Made by a program: the position numbers and the translations under genes. Below the pieces are notes generated by a model. That model made no database searches. It saw only the letters and a list, made by a program, of their open reading frames with translations, and had not been told where the DNA came from. From Podospora anserina (Eukaryota), in assembly GCA_017654855.1 (NCBI GenBank), contig CM030338.1, positions 1,240,001 through 1,304,000 on the forward strand: a stretch of DNA of 64,000 nt. Reading direction: 5' to 3'. This document shows positions 61,326 through 64,000 of this stretch, one piece after another (the stretch's first letter is position 1; every line of letters starts with the position of its first letter).

Positions 61326-64000
61326 GGTTTGAGTGTACTTTGGTGTGTGTCCTGGTTGAGTGAGTACAAAGGGTGGTCGAGGTGGAGCAGGGCAAGGGCT
61401 TGGGATGGGGAACTAGAAGGGCGAGGGAAACGAATAGTAAATAAGAAACGAGGTGAGAAAGGTGACGGAGCGGGCGGTCCCAAGACAAGGGATTAGCATG
61501 CACGCCAGCAACCGCAAATGAGAAGAAGAGAAGGGTGGACGAAGTCTCGTGAGGGGGAAGAAGGAGGGTGAGAATCTCGTATAGTCCGGGTGCGAGGGCC
61601 CGTCGTTATAAGAGCTCAAGTCCCGAAATGGGTACCTACCGACGGGGTCCCTGGTGTGTGTGGGGGGGGGGGGTAGGTACTTACTTGGGAGGGGAAGGGT
61701 AGGAGAGGGGGCGTGGCCGAGGACATGCAGGTCGATGGAGAGGGGACGACAGCGCCGATGGCCAGATGGGGCCAGGCGAGCGGACGGGACTGGGACCCGC
61801 CTGCAGCTTCACAGCAGCGCCCTCACCTCGACTGCTGTCTGCCCACTGTCCTCGTCGTTGGTGGAGGAGCAGCATCTGCGGGCAAACAGATCATCAGTGG
61901 TAGCCTGGGCTGACTGGCCCTGGAGGAAGAACGGGGTGAGGTTGACGGGTTTGCCGCGGCTTCGCGTCAGCGTCGTCTTTACTGAGGGCAAGTACCTCAT
62001 ACTACCACCCACTGCTGCCGCATTCCCGGACGCTACAGACGATATCAGACCCTTGACACTTATAAGTCGAGATAAAATGACCATCTTGGGACGATCTCCA
62101 AAGTACCTTTTGTTTCGTACCACCCCCAGGTTTCATGGCGCTCTCTCTGAGCATATGCAGTGTGGCACAAGAATACTTGATCCGATCCCAGCCGCTTGAC
62201 TGGTGACAGGATAGGATAGGCACGTTTGATGGAAGACGGGAGACGGAAGAGATGGGACAGCAGCCACACCTGGGGTTTGCGCGGCCCATCGCCATCTGCT
62301 CTCTCTCCCTCTTAGGCCCAAGGTGAAAGAAGAGAGGAAAGAAAAGGGAAGAAAGTCCGTGGGCTATGCTGCCACTTGCATATGCGCAATGGCCATCAAG
62401 AGCGAATGGCTGGTCCGGCTTGTGGTCGGTCGCATGCGACCGGAGCTGAAAGCTGCAGATGTGGACGGTGCAAGCTTACAGCTACACTACGAACAGCGCC
62501 ACATCTGGAGTAGTGTTACAGAGCACCGTACCGTAATTACACGGCTGTAAGTCTGAACGTCCGCCAAGAGAAAAGGTCGTCAGACTAACACCCGGCTAGA
62601 CTCGCCCTGCTGAAGACTCCTCCTGGCTGGCGTGGCTGGCAGCAAGCTGTTCAGACTCTCTCATGACAGGCCTCTTGACAACAAGTCAAATCATGCAGCA
62701 AAATGACTCCTTTTTCGTGTTTCGCTAGTCGAAGAGTAAATGACGCGTCCCGCAGCAAGAAGAGCGCGTATCACAGCTCCCGGCCGATCGTAGGACTTTT
62801 TTTTTTTCATGGGGATTTTTAGTTGCATGAGCCGTGAGGAGTCATATCGATATCCGCCACCGCCCAGAATCTATATGAGTGGCCCGTCGAGATCCCACCA
62901 GAAACTGGAACTGGTAACTCGGGTAAACAGTGAGGCGTCAACTGAATACCTTGTGTGAATGGCTCCAGGACTTTCAGATAACGTCCGTAGTCGGGCAGCC
63001 AAGTCTGCAGCCAACTCTTGTTCTGAAAAAGAGCGTCGTTTCTGACTTGTGACTTGTGAGTTGTGATATTAACAGAATCACCGTCACTCCAAGGTACCAT
63101 CCGCTCCCTTATTAGCGACACTGGCGTCCTGAGAAAGATAAACTGCCATGCAACTGCATGGTCTAGATTAAACACTGTTCGTGTTGCCGCTGAATGGACA
63201 GACGGTCGCTTGAAAAGGCCGGTGCCGTTTGTGATGGGCCACCTCTTCAGTCATGCATGAAGCTCGCTTGGTGAGGCCTCAAGAGCCATATTGTGCGGTC
63301 CATCACGCACACCATCTGGGTCTTGATGGCTTGGGATGGGGTTCCCCCTCCTTGCAAGCCGCCAAAAAACGTTCGAGAAGAAAGCAGCCGGAGCATGTTG
63401 GCGGCGGGGAAAAGACAAAGGCGTCATTTGCCATGGCGAGATTGTCTAAATCTCAAGCCATCGTCGTGATCACAAGATAGACCTCAATCTTCCCTTTGCC
63501 CAGTGATATGAAGCGGTGCCCTAGCCCGAAATCATGACGAGATGACAGAGACGGCGTAGCCATGTTGAAGGCTGCCCTGGAACCAAGGCTCCAACCCCAT
63601 GACTGCATATCGTAAGATTAGGAGTCCTTCCGCAGTAGACGCAAGAAGCGAGGAGCCGAAAGCGAAAAAGATATCAACATCAGCTTGGCCAGAAGGAAAC
63701 ATGAAACACACAAGCGCGCTGCTGGAGGCGTTCTTCTCTTGTCTCAACTCCCTCAGTGGCTGACTGTCTGCCCATCAATAAAAGATCCCGCCCACCCCTC
63801 CCGAACATGCCGGTCTTGTTGCTGGAAATCTTGCTCGACGCCACACGTTCGACTTTCTTGGGCCCAGCACTCGACCAGTATGTCCCGATCTGGGCATGCC
63901 GCAGGAGGAGGATGGGACCCAGCCAGCCGGCTACACGTCCTGCGATGGCGATATTCGACACCGACTGGTCCCTTTGTCGAATTGTGCGGCCAGGGGTGGG

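Noticed and set aside
63680-64000. Open - strand frame running off the window end
   Set aside because: No recognisable motif or clear codon bias; cannot be judged without the adjacent sequence.
1-64000. Secondary-metabolite cluster, Starship, NLR/het or spore-killer locus
   Set aside because: No PKS/NRPS, tyrosine recombinase, NACHT/HET or Spok-like sequence recognised; content is conserved housekeeping genes.

Overview
Gene-dense, intron-containing fungal euchromatin. Short GT-AG introns with CTRAY branch points, RIP-like decay and gene content point to a filamentous ascomycete, probably Sordariales/Podospora-like (inference). I modelled 25 protein-coding genes by reading splice sites: UTP10 (5'-partial), EBP sterol isomerase, CWC15, RRP45, ARL3, ECM15-like, FUN26/ENT, secreted large-subunit catalase, haspin, CCDC47/DUF1682, a 3-exon 89-aa Cys/His protein absent from the ORF track, Ark1/Prk1 kinase, amino-acid permease, TTI1, SYF2, COQ11, YAF9, MDM34, IPK1, DUF1749 hydrolase, a small membrane protein, a MIF-like protein, GTR2, a 344-aa protein of unknown function, and (doubtfully) an eroded small gene. 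Two divergent intron-containing tRNAs (Pro-AGG, Ala-AGC) are present. The clearest unexplained structure is a 596-bp AT-rich non-autonomous DNA transposon (47-bp TIRs, 22-bp internal repeats, perfect 8-bp TSD). Other points of interest: telomere-like boxes in promoters, a strong 5'-C-rich to 3'-G-rich gradient along genes, frequent AAG acceptors, a GC-AG intron and a 506-nt MDM34 intron. I found no convincing multi-gene novel system; the window is mostly housekeeping genes.
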